Assembly: GCA_963822965.1 (NCBI GenBank)
Contig: CAWGJT010000010.1
Span: 832,001-896,000 of the forward strand
DNA length: 64,000 bases
Direction of reading: 5' to 3'
DNA from: an uncultured delta proteobacterium
Lineage (GTDB): Bacteria > Myxococcota_A > UBA9160 > UBA4427
Numbering within the stretch: the stretch's first letter is position 1; every line of letters begins with the position of its first letter. The translations under genes were made by a program, and so were the position numbers. Positions 18,730 through 28,322 of the stretch are shown here, one piece after another. Under the pieces are notes generated by a model. It searched no databases, was not told where the DNA came from, and saw only the letters and a list, made by a program, of their open reading frames with translations.

Positions 18730-19415
18730 TCGTCTCCTCCCTGGTCCTGAACGTCCTCCTGATCGGGGGCGGCTTGCTGGCGCTCGTCCAGCTGCCGTCG
18801 CTCACCGGCTACTTCGTCGGACGGGCCGCCGAGCGTCGATCGACGCAGTTCGCCGTGTTGTCCGAGCACGCGGCGGCCCCGGCGGTGCGGTCCGGTCCGG
18901 TCGTCTTCCTCGGCGACAGCATCACCGAAGGCGGAATCTGGTCCGAGCTCTTTCCGGGGGTGAGCGTGCGCAACCGGGGTGTCGGCGGCGACACCACGCG
19001 GCGGGTCCTGGCCCGCATCGAGGACGTCCATCGGCTGGCCCCGCACCGCATCTTCCTGATGATCGGCGTGAACGACCTGAACGCCGGCATCCCGCCGTCG
19101 GAGACCGAGGCCAACCTGCGTGCGCTGCTGGACGACCTTGCCCGCAACCTTCCCGACTGCGAGGTCGTGGTGCAGAGCGTTCTGCCGGTGAACGACGACT
19201 GGCTGGGACGCGTGGACAACGCGGAGATCCTGGCGCTGAACCGGATTCTCGAGCGGGAGGCCGCCGCACGGGGGCTCCGCTACGTGGATCTGCACGCGCT
19301 CTTCGTGGGGCCCGACGGGCAGCTGCGGCGGGAGCTCAGCAACGACGGCGTCCACCTGCTCGGTCCCGGCTACGAGATCTGGCGATCCGCCATCGCACCG
19401 CTCGTCGCGAAGTAG
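18708..19415 (+). CDS. GDSL/SGNH hydrolase family esterase with N-terminal membrane anchor
   Basis: FLGDSIT, NRGVGGD, MIGVND, DGVH blocks. Confidence 0.92.
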   Translation: MRGRRALLVSSLVLNVLLIGGGLLALVQLPSLTGYFVGRAAERRSTQFAVLSEHAAAPAVRSGPVVFLGDSITEGGIWSELFPGVSVRNRGVGGDTTRRVLARIEDVHRLAPHRIFLMIGVNDLNAGIPPSETEANLRALLDDLARNLPDCEVVVQSVLPVNDDWLGRVDNAEILALNRILEREAAARGLRYVDLHALFVGPDGQLRRELSNDGVHLLGPGYEIWRSAIAPLVAK

Positions 19416-19463
19416 GGGCTTCGGTTACCGTATCGGCCGTCGCGCCAGGACGAGGTCGATGCG

Positions 19464-21689
19464 ATGAAGATCCAGCTGGGAGACGAGCAGGAGATGCTGC
19501 GCGAGACCTTCGCGCAGCTCTTCGCGGCGGAGTCGAGCCCGGAGCGGGTGCGGGCCGCCGAGCCCTTGGGCTTCGACCCGGCCCTGTGGAAGCAGCTCGC
19601 ACAGACGGGTGCCCTGCTGATGCGGGTGCCCGAGGCGTCAGGCGGCAGCGACTCGAGCCTGCTCGACGCGGCGGTCGTGGCGTTCGAGGCGGGGCGCAAG
19701 CTGGCCTCCGGACCCGTCCTGGAGGCGGTCGTCGCTGCCCGGGTGCTGGCGGCGTGTGCGGGAGACGCCGCGCGCGGCTGGCTGGATCGCCTGGGCGAGG
19801 GGACGGCCGTCGTCTCGCTGGCGCTGCCCGATCTGCGCGACGACCCCGAGCCCTGGGTGGCAGGCGGCGCGGTGGCGGACGCGGTGGTCGCCCGGGACGG
19901 GAGCGATCTGGTGCTGCTCGAACGAGGAGCGCCGGCCGCCGGCAGCCCCGCGAATCTCGGCTCCCAGCCCCTCGCGCGCTGGAGCCGGGAGGCCCATCGC
20001 AGCACGGTCCTGCTCTCCGGAGAGCCGGCCTGCCGGCTCTTCACAGCGGCGCGCGAGGAGTGGAAGCTCCTCACGGCGGCGGCGCTCGCCGGGGTCGGCC
20101 GCGAAGCCCTGGAGATCGCGGGTCGCTACGCGAGCGAACGCAGCCAGTTCGGCCGGCCCATCGGGTCGTTCCAGGGCATCGCCCACCCGCTGGCGGATTC
20201 GGCGGCCGACGTCGAGGGGGCCCGTCTGCTGGTGTGGAAGGCGATCTGGGCCGTCGCGCGGAGCCGGCCCGAAGCGGCGGCGCTCGTCTCGATGAGCTTC
20301 GTGTGGGCGGCGGGCGCCACGACCCGGGCGGTGGCGCGGGCGCTGCACACCCACGGCGGCTACGGGCTCTCGCTCGAGTACGACATCCAGCTCTATCACC
20401 GTCGCGGCAAGGCCTGGCCGCTGTGCTTCGGCGATCCCCAGGACGAGCTGCAGCAGGTTGCGGTGCGCCTGTGGTCGGATGCACCGCCGGTGGCGCTGCC
20501 CGATGCGGGGGAGGTGCATCTGGACTTCACCCTCGGCGAGGCCGCCGACGCCTTCGCCGCCGAGGCGCGTCGCTTCTTCGAGGAGAACCTGACGGACGAG
20601 CTGCGCGCGCATTCCCATTTCGCCTGGGAGGGACACCATCCCGAGTTCCAGCGCAAGCTCGCGGCGGCGGGCCTCCTGTATCCGGCGTGGCCCAGCGCCT
20701 ACGGCGGGCAGGACCGCAGCCCCTACGAGATGGCCGCGCTGGCCTCGGTGTTCGACGAGTTCGACTGGACGCGGTTCGCCATCACCACGACGGGGATGGT
20801 GGCCCAGACGGTGATGCGTTTCGGGAGCGACGAGCTGAAGCGCGAGGTGCTGCCGCGCATCGCACGCGGCGACGCGATCACGAGCATGGGCTACACCGAG
20901 CCCGGCTCCGGCTCGGACGTCGCGGCCGCCCAGACCCGCGCGGTCTGGAACGGCGCGGAGTGGGTGATCGACGGCCAGAAGATGTTCACCAGCGGTGCTG
21001 AGCTGGCCCAGTACGTCTTTCTGCTCACCCGCACGAATGCCGCGGTCGCCAAGCACAAGGGACTCACCATGTTCCTGGTGCCCCTGGATACGCCGGGCAT
21101 CGAGATCCAGCCGGTGCACACCCTCTCGGACGAGCGCACGAACTGCACGTACTACACGGACGTGCACCTGGACGACCGCTATCGGGTGGGACCGGTGGAC
21201 AGCGGCTGGGCGGTGGTCGCCCACGCGCTCGAGCTCGAGCACGGTGCCGGCCCGGTCGCGAGCCAGCGGCGGATGCTCCGGGGGGCCGTCGAGTGGGCGC
21301 GCGGCGCGCGACGCGGTGCCCAGCCGGCGCTGGACCATCCCGTGGTGCGGGCGCGGCTGGCGCGGGCCGCGGTGCACGCCGCGGTGGCAGGCGCCATGGC
21401 CGACCGCGCCCTCTACGTCGCCGCCGAGCGGAAGGGCGATCCCGCGATCGGCCCGATGCTGAAGTTCTTCTCGACAGACCGCTTCATCGAGGACGCGGCG
21501 GATCTGATGGATCTGTGTGCCCCGGAATCGCAGCTGCGCGGGCCCGAGGACGGGAGCGCCCGCGGTGCGTCCGCGGTGGAGTTCGCCTATCGCCTGTCGA
21601 CGGCCACGAGCATCTACGGCGGCACCAGCGAGATCATGAAGAGCATCGTGGCCCAGGCGTCGCTGGGCATGCCGCGAAGCCGGAGCTGA
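19464..21689 (+). CDS. Fused two-module acyl-CoA dehydrogenase
   Basis: First module RSQFGRPIGSFQGIAH...HGGYG; second module YTEPGSGSD, GQKMFTS, IYGGTSEI. Confidence 0.9.
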   Translation: MKIQLGDEQEMLRETFAQLFAAESSPERVRAAEPLGFDPALWKQLAQTGALLMRVPEASGGSDSSLLDAAVVAFEAGRKLASGPVLEAVVAARVLAACAGDAARGWLDRLGEGTAVVSLALPDLRDDPEPWVAGGAVADAVVARDGSDLVLLERGAPAAGSPANLGSQPLARWSREAHRSTVLLSGEPACRLFTAAREEWKLLTAAALAGVGREALEIAGRYASERSQFGRPIGSFQGIAHPLADSAADVEGARLLVWKAIWAVARSRPEAAALVSMSFVWAAGATTRAVARALHTHGGYGLSLEYDIQLYHRRGKAWPLCFGDPQDELQQVAVRLWSDAPPVALPDAGEVHLDFTLGEAADAFAAEARRFFEENLTDELRAHSHFAWEGHHPEFQRKLAAAGLLYPAWPSAYGGQDRSPYEMAALASVFDEFDWTRFAITTTGMVAQTVMRFGSDELKREVLPRIARGDAITSMGYTEPGSGSDVAAAQTRAVWNGAEWVIDGQKMFTSGAELAQYVFLLTRTNAAVAKHKGLTMFLVPLDTPGIEIQPVHTLSDERTNCTYYTDVHLDDRYRVGPVDSGWAVVAHALELEHGAGPVASQRRMLRGAVEWARGARRGAQPALDHPVVRARLARAAVHAAVAGAMADRALYVAAERKGDPAIGPMLKFFSTDRFIEDAADLMDLCAPESQLRGPEDGSARGASAVEFAYRLSTATSIYGGTSEIMKSIVAQASLGMPRSRS

Positions 21690-21775
21690 GGCCGGCGACC
21701 GGGCAGCCCGCACCTCGCTCGATCTCGCACGTCGCGATCGAGTACCCTCGTCACGACCTCGGAAGGGAGAACATC

Positions 21776-22639
21776 ATGACCCTGCGTGCCGGCTTCATCG
21801 GGCTCGGAAACATCGGCAAGCCGATGGCGAGCCATCTCGCGCCCAGCGGATTCGAGACCCACGTCTTCGATCTGGACCCCGCGCCGGTGCGCGCACTGGA
21901 GGAGGGCGGCGCCAAGGCGGCCCGCTCGCCGCGGGAGGTGGCGCAGAACGCCGACGTGATCGGCATCTGCGTGCCCGAGGACCGCCACGTCCGCGCCGTG
22001 CTGCAGGGCGAGGACGGGCTGCTGGCGGGCGCGACCCCCGGCACCCTCGTGCTGATCCACAGCACCGTGCTGCCCAGCACCGTGCTCGAGCTGGCCGCCC
22101 TGGCCGAGCCGTCGGGCGTCACGGTGATCGACGCCTGCGTGACCGGCGGCGACCAGCGCGCCGCCGAGGGCGTGCTGACCTACCTGGTGGGCGGCCCGGT
22201 AGAGGCCGTCGAGCGGGCACGGGAGTTCCTGGCGCCTTCGTCCGAGCAGGTGATCCACGCGGGCGAGCTGGGCAGCGGCGCCAAGCTCAAGCTCTGCATC
22301 AACGTGGTCACCTACATCCAGTGGGCGGCGGCCTACGAGGGCTGCCGGCTCGCCATGGCTTCCGGCCTGCCGGCGGAGGTGTTCGAGGCGGCGGGGAAGT
22401 CGAACGGGCAGCTCACCGACCTGCAGCTGCGCTACCTGGTCGGGGTGAAGCTCCCGGACGAGGCGAAGCACAGCGAGGGCTACCAGAGCTACGTGCGCGG
22501 GCACATGCACACGGCCGAGAAGGACCTCACCTGGGCGCTCCAGCTCGCCCGGGAGTCCCAGCTGTCCCTGCCGGTCAGCGGCCTGGTGTCCCAGCTGATG
22601 GCGAAGCTCTACGGCGTCGAGGATTCCGGGCGACGCTGA
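21776..22639 (+). CDS. Beta-hydroxyacid dehydrogenase family (3-hydroxyisobutyrate dehydrogenase-like)
   Basis: GFIGLGNIGKPM, DACVTGG, GSGAKLKLCIN, KDL. Confidence 0.88.
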   Translation: MTLRAGFIGLGNIGKPMASHLAPSGFETHVFDLDPAPVRALEEGGAKAARSPREVAQNADVIGICVPEDRHVRAVLQGEDGLLAGATPGTLVLIHSTVLPSTVLELAALAEPSGVTVIDACVTGGDQRAAEGVLTYLVGGPVEAVERAREFLAPSSEQVIHAGELGSGAKLKLCINVVTYIQWAAAYEGCRLAMASGLPAEVFEAAGKSNGQLTDLQLRYLVGVKLPDEAKHSEGYQSYVRGHMHTAEKDLTWALQLARESQLSLPVSGLVSQLMAKLYGVEDSGRR

Positions 22640-23664
22640 GCGGCGGAGCCTTCGGATCTGGAACGAGCGCCGTCGGACGCGACGGCGTAGTGGGCGATCT
22701 GGATCTCCTCGCCGTAGTTCGCGTAGTCGCCCGCCGAGCGCTGGTCGCGGAAGTGGGACCAGGCCACGGGCCGATAGCGGGCCGGGGCGTGCTCGAGCAG
22801 CTCGGGGAGGGGCGCGCACACCGCCCGATAGCCGGGGTTCAGGAAGAACGGGGCGCTCAGGCGGTCGCGCTCGGCGTTTGCGAGCACCCGGTGCAGGGGC
22901 GAGCGATAGCGGTCGTTGCTCCACACCTGGAGCATGTCGGCCAGGTTCACCAGGAACGCATCCGGGACGGGCTCGACCAGCACGAAGCGATCGTCGTGCC
23001 AGGCCTGCAGCCCGGCGACCTCGTCCTGGTGGAGCAGGGTGAGGGCGCCGGCGTCCGTGTGGTGGTGCACGCCGAGACGACCTCGCTCGGGAAAGAGCGG
23101 CGCATCGGCGGGCGCCGGGTCGTCGCAGCGCGCGTAGCGGTTCAGGCGCACGAAGCTCGTGTGCCGCTCGAAGCTCGCGTCGAGGCGGTCGGGCGCCACC
23201 CCGAGGCTCGCGCACAGGGCGCGCAGCAACGCGAGACCGATGCGCGAGCACGCCTCGTAGTGGGCGAGCATCGTCTCGCGGAAGCCCGGCAGGAGCGACG
23301 GATCGGGCCACTGATTCGTGCCGTCGCTGTGGGCCGCGTCGGGATCCCGGGCGTCCCGCTCCGCCCCGTAGTCGAACACCTCCTTCCAGTCCGGCCGATT
23401 CTTCGTCAGCTCCTCGTCGTAGTATCCCCGGGCGTTGTCCCGGGCGCGGCGCACGCGCTGCTTCCGGTCGGGAGGCAGCTCGAAAAAGCGCCGCATGGCG
23501 TCCTCGAAACGCCGGCGCTCGGCGCGAGGGAGGCCGTGACCCACCACGTGGAACACGCCCCACTCGGCGCAGGGCTCCGGCAGGGAACGGGCGACGCGTT
23601 CGAGGGCGAGTCCGTCGCCCTCGACGAGGCCGTGGATGTCGATGACCGGAGGCTGCGGCTTCAT
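22609..23664 (-). CDS. 2-oxoglutarate/Fe(II) dioxygenase (isopenicillin N synthase family)
   Basis: HTD...H...RLS iron and 2OG motifs; DWKEVFD; NQWP. Confidence 0.92.
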   Translation of the reverse strand: MKPQPPVIDIHGLVEGDGLALERVARSLPEPCAEWGVFHVVGHGLPRAERRRFEDAMRRFFELPPDRKQRVRRARDNARGYYDEELTKNRPDWKEVFDYGAERDARDPDAAHSDGTNQWPDPSLLPGFRETMLAHYEACSRIGLALLRALCASLGVAPDRLDASFERHTSFVRLNRYARCDDPAPADAPLFPERGRLGVHHHTDAGALTLLHQDEVAGLQAWHDDRFVLVEPVPDAFLVNLADMLQVWSNDRYRSPLHRVLANAERDRLSAPFFLNPGYRAVCAPLPELLEHAPARYRPVAWSHFRDQRSAGDYANYGEEIQIAHYAVASDGARSRSEGSAAQRRPESSTP

Positions 23665-23726
23665 GGCGGCTCGCTGGGGCTCGCTTCGAGGCTACCGCGG
23701 CTCGTGGCGTGGTGCCGCGCGGGGCG

Positions 23727-24398
23727 TCAGGGGTGAATCGAGACCGAGACCCCCGGCGCCACGTGGTCGGCCAGGAAGTCGATCTCCTCGTCTCGTACGG
23801 CGATGCACCCGAAGGTCCAGTCGAGCCGTGCCGAGGCGCCCCGCCATCGCTCGCCCTCGCCGTGCAGCCCGATGTCGCCGCCGAGGGCCGTATCCTGGGG
23901 CGGCGGCAGCCCCTCGTCGTGGGCGTCGAGGATGCGCTGGAGGTCGTCCCCCGAGAGGCGGCCTGCCGTGTAGCCCCGGAACGCGTCCTCGCGCGAGGGA
24001 TAGTCGAGGGGAATGAAGCGGTGGAAGCGCTCGCTCTGCCGCGCGGGCTCCATCACGTGGTAGCTCCCCTCGGGCGTTCTCAGGTCGCCGGCCATCTGCT
24101 TGTCGTCCCGTTGCTGGCGGCCGATCGCGACCTCCATGGCGACGACAGCCCCACCGGTGCAATAAGCTCGCAGCATGTGGTCTCGCTTCCAGATCTCGAT
24201 GCGTTCGATCTCACGGCATCCCGCCGGCCCCGTCTCCCGCGGCGGCGGGCGGGACGCGGAGGCGGGGGCCGGCGCCTCGCCCGTCGGCGCCGGGGGAGCC
24301 GGCGACATCCCGCAGGCCAGCAGCCACAGGCTCGTCGCCACCATGCTCGCGGCGATCCTCGCGCTGGGTGCGGCGGCCCCCGACGAAGAGCGGCCCAT
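23727..24398 (-). CDS. YkuD-family L,D-transpeptidase-like lipoprotein, YafK/DpaA-like subgroup (start 24398 or 24344)
   Basis: KQMAGDLRTPEGSY, LDYP, GGDIGLHG...DWTFGCIA; lipobox LLAC. Confidence 0.85.
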   Translation of the reverse strand: MGRSSSGAAAPSARIAASMVATSLWLLACGMSPAPPAPTGEAPAPASASRPPPRETGPAGCREIERIEIWKRDHMLRAYCTGGAVVAMEVAIGRQQRDDKQMAGDLRTPEGSYHVMEPARQSERFHRFIPLDYPSREDAFRGYTAGRLSGDDLQRILDAHDEGLPPPQDTALGGDIGLHGEGERWRGASARLDWTFGCIAVRDEEIDFLADHVAPGVSVSIHP

Positions 24399-25239
24399 CA
24401 CCCAGATCCCCCTGGTGGCCACCGCGGACCCGCTGCAGCGGCTGCGTCCCCCGATCGGCGATCCGCGCTCGGTGATCGTGCAGGAAGGGGACACCCTGCT
24501 GGACATCGCATACCGGAATCGTCTGGGCTTCCACGCGCTGAAGGACCTCAACCCGGGGGTCGACGTCTGGATTCCGCCGGTGGGCACCCGGATCAAGCTG
24601 CCGACCCGGCTCCTGCTCCCCGACGTCGAGCTCTCCGGCCTGGTGATCAACATTCCCGAGATGCGCCTCTTCGACGCCACGGCACCGGGGGGACTCGAGG
24701 TGTTGTCCGCCGCGGTGGGCGACCCCGAGGACCCGACGCCGGTGGGATCGTTCAGCGTCCAGGGCAAGCGCAGCGACCCCACCTGGAACGTGCCTTCCTC
24801 GATCCGCGAGGAGCGTCCGCACCTTCCCGGACAGGTGGCGGCGGGGCCGGACAACCCGCTCGGCAGTCGCTGGATGCGCATCGGACGCACATCCTACGGC
24901 ATCCACGGGACCAACAACCGCTGGTCGATCGGTCGCCTGGCGACCCACGGGTGCGTGCGCCTCTACGAGGAGGACATCCAGGAGCTCTTCGATCGCACGC
25001 CCGAGGGCACGCCGCTGCGCCTCGTCTACCAGCCCTACAAGTGGGGCCGGCGGGGGAGGACGCTCCTCTTCGAGGCCCACCCCGATCTGTACGGGCGGGT
25101 TCCCGATCGCCTCGCCGCGGCGCTGGCGCTGCCCCGCGAGCTGGGAATCCTCGGCGACGTGGACGTGGAGGCGGTCTGGCGGGCGGTCGAGGAAGCACGC
25201 GGCGTGCCGGTTCCCGCCGGCCAGCTACCGGCCGAATAG
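24343..25239 (+). CDS. LysM + YkuD L,D-transpeptidase, ErfK/YbiS/YcfS type
   Basis: VQEGDTLLDIA LysM; INIPEMRL; GPDNPLG; YGIHGTN...THGCVRL; C-terminal EAHPDLY domain; start uncertain. Confidence 0.9.
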   Translation: MLAAILALGAAAPDEERPITQIPLVATADPLQRLRPPIGDPRSVIVQEGDTLLDIAYRNRLGFHALKDLNPGVDVWIPPVGTRIKLPTRLLLPDVELSGLVINIPEMRLFDATAPGGLEVLSAAVGDPEDPTPVGSFSVQGKRSDPTWNVPSSIREERPHLPGQVAAGPDNPLGSRWMRIGRTSYGIHGTNNRWSIGRLATHGCVRLYEEDIQELFDRTPEGTPLRLVYQPYKWGRRGRTLLFEAHPDLYGRVPDRLAAALALPRELGILGDVDVEAVWRAVEEARGVPVPAGQLPAE

Positions 25240-25280
25240 GAGCCTGCTCCCGCAGGCCGGAGGATTCCCTCACGCGCGAG

Positions 25281-26516
25281 CTAGAAGGTCGCCATCCCGT
25301 CCCAGGGCAGCTTGGCGAAGTTCAGGTTCACCATGAAGAAGAAGATCTCGTTGTCTTTGTAGTGGCCCTTGACGGCCGCGTTGTCGAGGTTGCCGCGGCC
25401 CAGGTTCAGGTACTCGAAGCCGAAGCCGAGGTTGGTGTTCTCGCTCCAGCGATACACGCCCCCGATCCCCCAGCGCCACTGCTCGTCGAGGGGGAGCGCC
25501 GCCGTCCGGTCGCTGGTGCTCAACGCCGACGAGTCGTAGCTGACGCCGGTCTGGGCGAGCCACTTCTCGTTGATGCGGTAGTGGACGCCGCCGCGGAGCT
25601 TCCAGGTGTTCTTGAAGCCGAGCCGGACGCGCGATTCGATTGGGCCGAGATCCAACGCCGTCGTCTGCAGCGCGTCCCAGAACTCGTAGGCCCAGCCGGC
25701 GCTGAGGGCGAGCGCGTCGGTCGCCTGCCAGCGTACGTCCATGCGCACGGCCTCGGCCAGCGGCAGCTTCACCTTGGTGTTCTGGCTCTGGGGAACCAGC
25801 GGGGGAAGCTTCGTCTTTCCGTCCAGGGTGAGCTTCGTCTTCGACTGGTAGACGATGCCCACCCGGAGATCCTCGGTGGGCTCGACCAGCGCCCCCACGA
25901 GGGCCGCCACGCCCCAGTCGTCGAGGTTCTTGAGGTGCACGGGGCCCCCGCCCGGTCCGGGGAACGCAAGCTTCCAATCGAGGGTGGCGTACGTGATGGT
26001 CGGGCCCGCCCCGACGGAGAGCCAGTCCGTAAGGCGGACCGCAGCGGTCGGGGCGAACGAGAGGGTGAAGAGCTGGATGCGCTTGACCTGGTTCCGGCCC
26101 GTCCAGTCGCTCTTGGGGTCGAGGGATGCGCCGGAGACCGAGAAGATCGCCAGTCCGGCGCGAAATCGGTCCGAGACCTTGTGGACGTAGGCGCTGCTCA
26201 CGAGCGGGACCAGGCCGCCCTGGTTCCCGCCGTTGTTGTCCGGAAAGTTCGGCGAGTCCGTGTCCTGGTCGAACTTGACGAGGCTCGCGCCCGGGGCCAG
26301 ACCGAAGTCGAACTGGTGCGAGTCCAGGTAGGTCATGCCCGCAGGATTCAGCAGCGCGGTGGAGGCATCCCCGGCCCGGGCCAGCTCACCCGACCCGGCG
26401 GCGCCCATGTCCGCGGTTCCGAACTCCGAGACATAGAGGCCACCGGCGAAGGCAGGCGGTCCGCTCGCGAGCCACACGAACGCGACGACGAGCATGCGCT
26501 GCAGAACCCTGGACAT
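25281..26516 (-). CDS. OmpP1/FadL family outer-membrane transporter
   Basis: Signal peptide, GDASTALLNPAGM motif, amphipathic beta strands, terminal Phe. Confidence 0.88.
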   Translation of the reverse strand: MSRVLQRMLVVAFVWLASGPPAFAGGLYVSEFGTADMGAAGSGELARAGDASTALLNPAGMTYLDSHQFDFGLAPGASLVKFDQDTDSPNFPDNNGGNQGGLVPLVSSAYVHKVSDRFRAGLAIFSVSGASLDPKSDWTGRNQVKRIQLFTLSFAPTAAVRLTDWLSVGAGPTITYATLDWKLAFPGPGGGPVHLKNLDDWGVAALVGALVEPTEDLRVGIVYQSKTKLTLDGKTKLPPLVPQSQNTKVKLPLAEAVRMDVRWQATDALALSAGWAYEFWDALQTTALDLGPIESRVRLGFKNTWKLRGGVHYRINEKWLAQTGVSYDSSALSTSDRTAALPLDEQWRWGIGGVYRWSENTNLGFGFEYLNLGRGNLDNAAVKGHYKDNEIFFFMVNLNFAKLPWDGMATF

Positions 26517-26614
26517 CTTCACGCTCCCACCCGGCCGAACGAGCCGGCCTCCAAGGGGGCCGGCACGCGGACGGATCGCGTGCCGAGCCCGGGCTGCGGC
26601 CTCAGCTGGCGTCG

Positions 26615-26908
26615 CTACTTCGAGACGCTCTTGTTGAAGATCGCTTCGCTCTTGACGGCCGAATCCTGCGCTCGCTGCTCGGCGGCGGCGGCGGATGCGG
26701 CGGCCGTCTCGGCCTGGCGCCGGGCCTGGTCGGCGGTTCGGGCGGCCGTCGACGCGGTGTTCTCGGCCGCGGCGGCGCGCTGGTCGACGGCGTCGATCCG
26801 GGCCTCCAGGGCGTCGAGGCGCTTGGTGATCGCATCGACGTCGCTGTTGCTCGCGCAGGCCGTGTACGTGAGGACGAGGGCTGACAGGGTGAGAAGGATT
26901 CGCTTCAC
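26615..26908 (-). CDS. Lpp/OprI-like alanine-zipper lipoprotein with C-terminal Lys (97 aa)
   Basis: GGAG RBS, GTG start, MKRILLTLSALVLTYTA-C lipobox, Ala-rich coiled coil, ends IFNKSVSK. Confidence 0.85.
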   Translation of the reverse strand: MKRILLTLSALVLTYTACASNSDVDAITKRLDALEARIDAVDQRAAAAENTASTAARTADQARRQAETAAASAAAAEQRAQDSAVKSEAIFNKSVSK

Positions 26909-26938
26909 GAGAGTGGTCTCCAATGCCGGGGATGCGAT

Positions 26939-26998
26939 TGCCTGGACTGTCTCCAGGACTGTCTCCAGGACTGTTTCCAGGACCATCTCCTGGACTGC
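26939..26998. repeat. Five 12-bp tandem units (CTCCAGGACTGT consensus) upstream of the Lpp-like gene
   Basis: CCWGG at 26941, 26953, 26965, 26977, 26989. Confidence 0.9.
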
Positions 26999-27115
26999 GG
27001 CCGCCCGGGCGACACCGGGCTCGCGGCTCATGCACCGTGCTGCCGCGCCGCGAACGATTGTGGGAATGCGCCGCGGCGTCAAGGGCTCGGGCCGGTTCGG
27101 GCGTCGAGTTGCCGC

Positions 27116-28186
27116 TCAGGCCTCCGGGGGAGGGCCCCGTCGCGCCGGATGCGCCGGCGGCTCCTCGGCGGCCTTGGGGCGTATCCCCATCGCGACGATG
27201 GGGCTACCGGGAATCGCGAGCGATGAGTCGGCATGCCCCAGCACCACCGCATCGGCCTCGGCCCGCACGGTCTCGAGCCGGCGACCGAAGACGTCCTGAA
27301 TCACGCCGAGCTGGGTGCCGGCGGCGACGACCTCGCCCGGGTGGACGCTGAAGCGCACGATTCCCGATCGCGTCGGACAGGGACGCTGGCTGTAGCGCAG
27401 GATGCGACCCCGGTAGCCGTGCGGGGCATGGGCAGGCTCGGCCGGGCCTTCGGCCCCGGGCTCGACGAGCTCGAGCCGGGCGAGGACGTTCCAGATGGCG
27501 TCGACGCCCGCCGCCACGCTCTTCTCGTCGACGAAGAAGGCCGAGCCCAGCTCGAGGGTGAGGGCAGGCACCCCTCTCTCGAGCAGGCTCCCGGTGAGCG
27601 TCCGCCGCAGCTCGGCGCGGGTGACGGTCTCGTCCTGCTCGTCCACGAGCAGGAATCCGGTGGCCGCCGCCAGGGCGCGGGCCGTCGTGTGGGCGTGGCG
27701 TCCCTCGCTCGAGGCCGGCCGGGGATCGATGAGCGCGTAGGGGATCGAGCGAATCCAGTCGTTGTGCAGGTCGAGCACCAGCGCGGGGGCGTCCGACAGG
27801 ATGCGCGAGTGCGCCAGCCAGGCGATCCGTTCGCCCAGGGTGCCCTCCGCGTCGCCGGGGAAGCAGCGGTTGAGATCCTCCCGGGTGGCGGGGATCGCGC
27901 GCGTCGCGGCCTCGAAGCCGAACGGGTTCAGCAGCGGGAAGGCGCACAGCCGACCCGAACGCATGGGACGCCTGCGGAGCCTGCGGAAGAGCTCCTGGAT
28001 CACCACGACGCCTCCCACCTCGTCGCCGTGGATGCAGCCGGTGAGCCAGACGGTCGAGCCCTCACGACCGCTGCGGGCCTCCATCACCGCCAGTCGCCGC
28101 TCGGCCAGGTCGATGCCCCGGAGCACCGGAATGCGCGAATAGCGAAGCCGCGTGCGAGGGGTCCTGCCTGTGGGGCTTCCGGCCAT
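27116..28186 (-). CDS. Succinylglutamate desuccinylase/aspartoacylase (M14) family protein
   Basis: IHGDE, DLNRCFPG, LDLH, TLELG, C-terminal barrel-sandwich domain. Confidence 0.85.
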   Translation of the reverse strand: MAGSPTGRTPRTRLRYSRIPVLRGIDLAERRLAVMEARSGREGSTVWLTGCIHGDEVGGVVVIQELFRRLRRRPMRSGRLCAFPLLNPFGFEAATRAIPATREDLNRCFPGDAEGTLGERIAWLAHSRILSDAPALVLDLHNDWIRSIPYALIDPRPASSEGRHAHTTARALAAATGFLLVDEQDETVTRAELRRTLTGSLLERGVPALTLELGSAFFVDEKSVAAGVDAIWNVLARLELVEPGAEGPAEPAHAPHGYRGRILRYSQRPCPTRSGIVRFSVHPGEVVAAGTQLGVIQDVFGRRLETVRAEADAVVLGHADSSLAIPGSPIVAMGIRPKAAEEPPAHPARRGPPPEA

Positions 28187-28322
28187 TCCCTGCCTCCTGG
28201 ATGGCCGTCGCCCCCGGGCTCCCGACGTCGGGCGGCAACCGGGGAGGGAGTCGAGACGTGCCTCGGGGCCGGAGGCTACCAGGGGAACCGGTCGTCGTCC
28301 CCGGGCCTGCGTGGGGCAGGGC

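Noticed and set aside
26440..26460. Predicted mature Gly-Gly N-terminus of the FadL-like barrel as a peptidoglycan attachment site, as in Coxiella barrels
   Set aside because: Small-residue N-termini are usual in FadL proteins and form the plug inside the barrel; no further support
26939..26998. CRISPR array, or a coding N-terminal extension (VLET repeats) of the lipoprotein
   Set aside because: Contiguous 12-bp units with no spacers and no cas genes; RBS and signal peptide place the start at 26908
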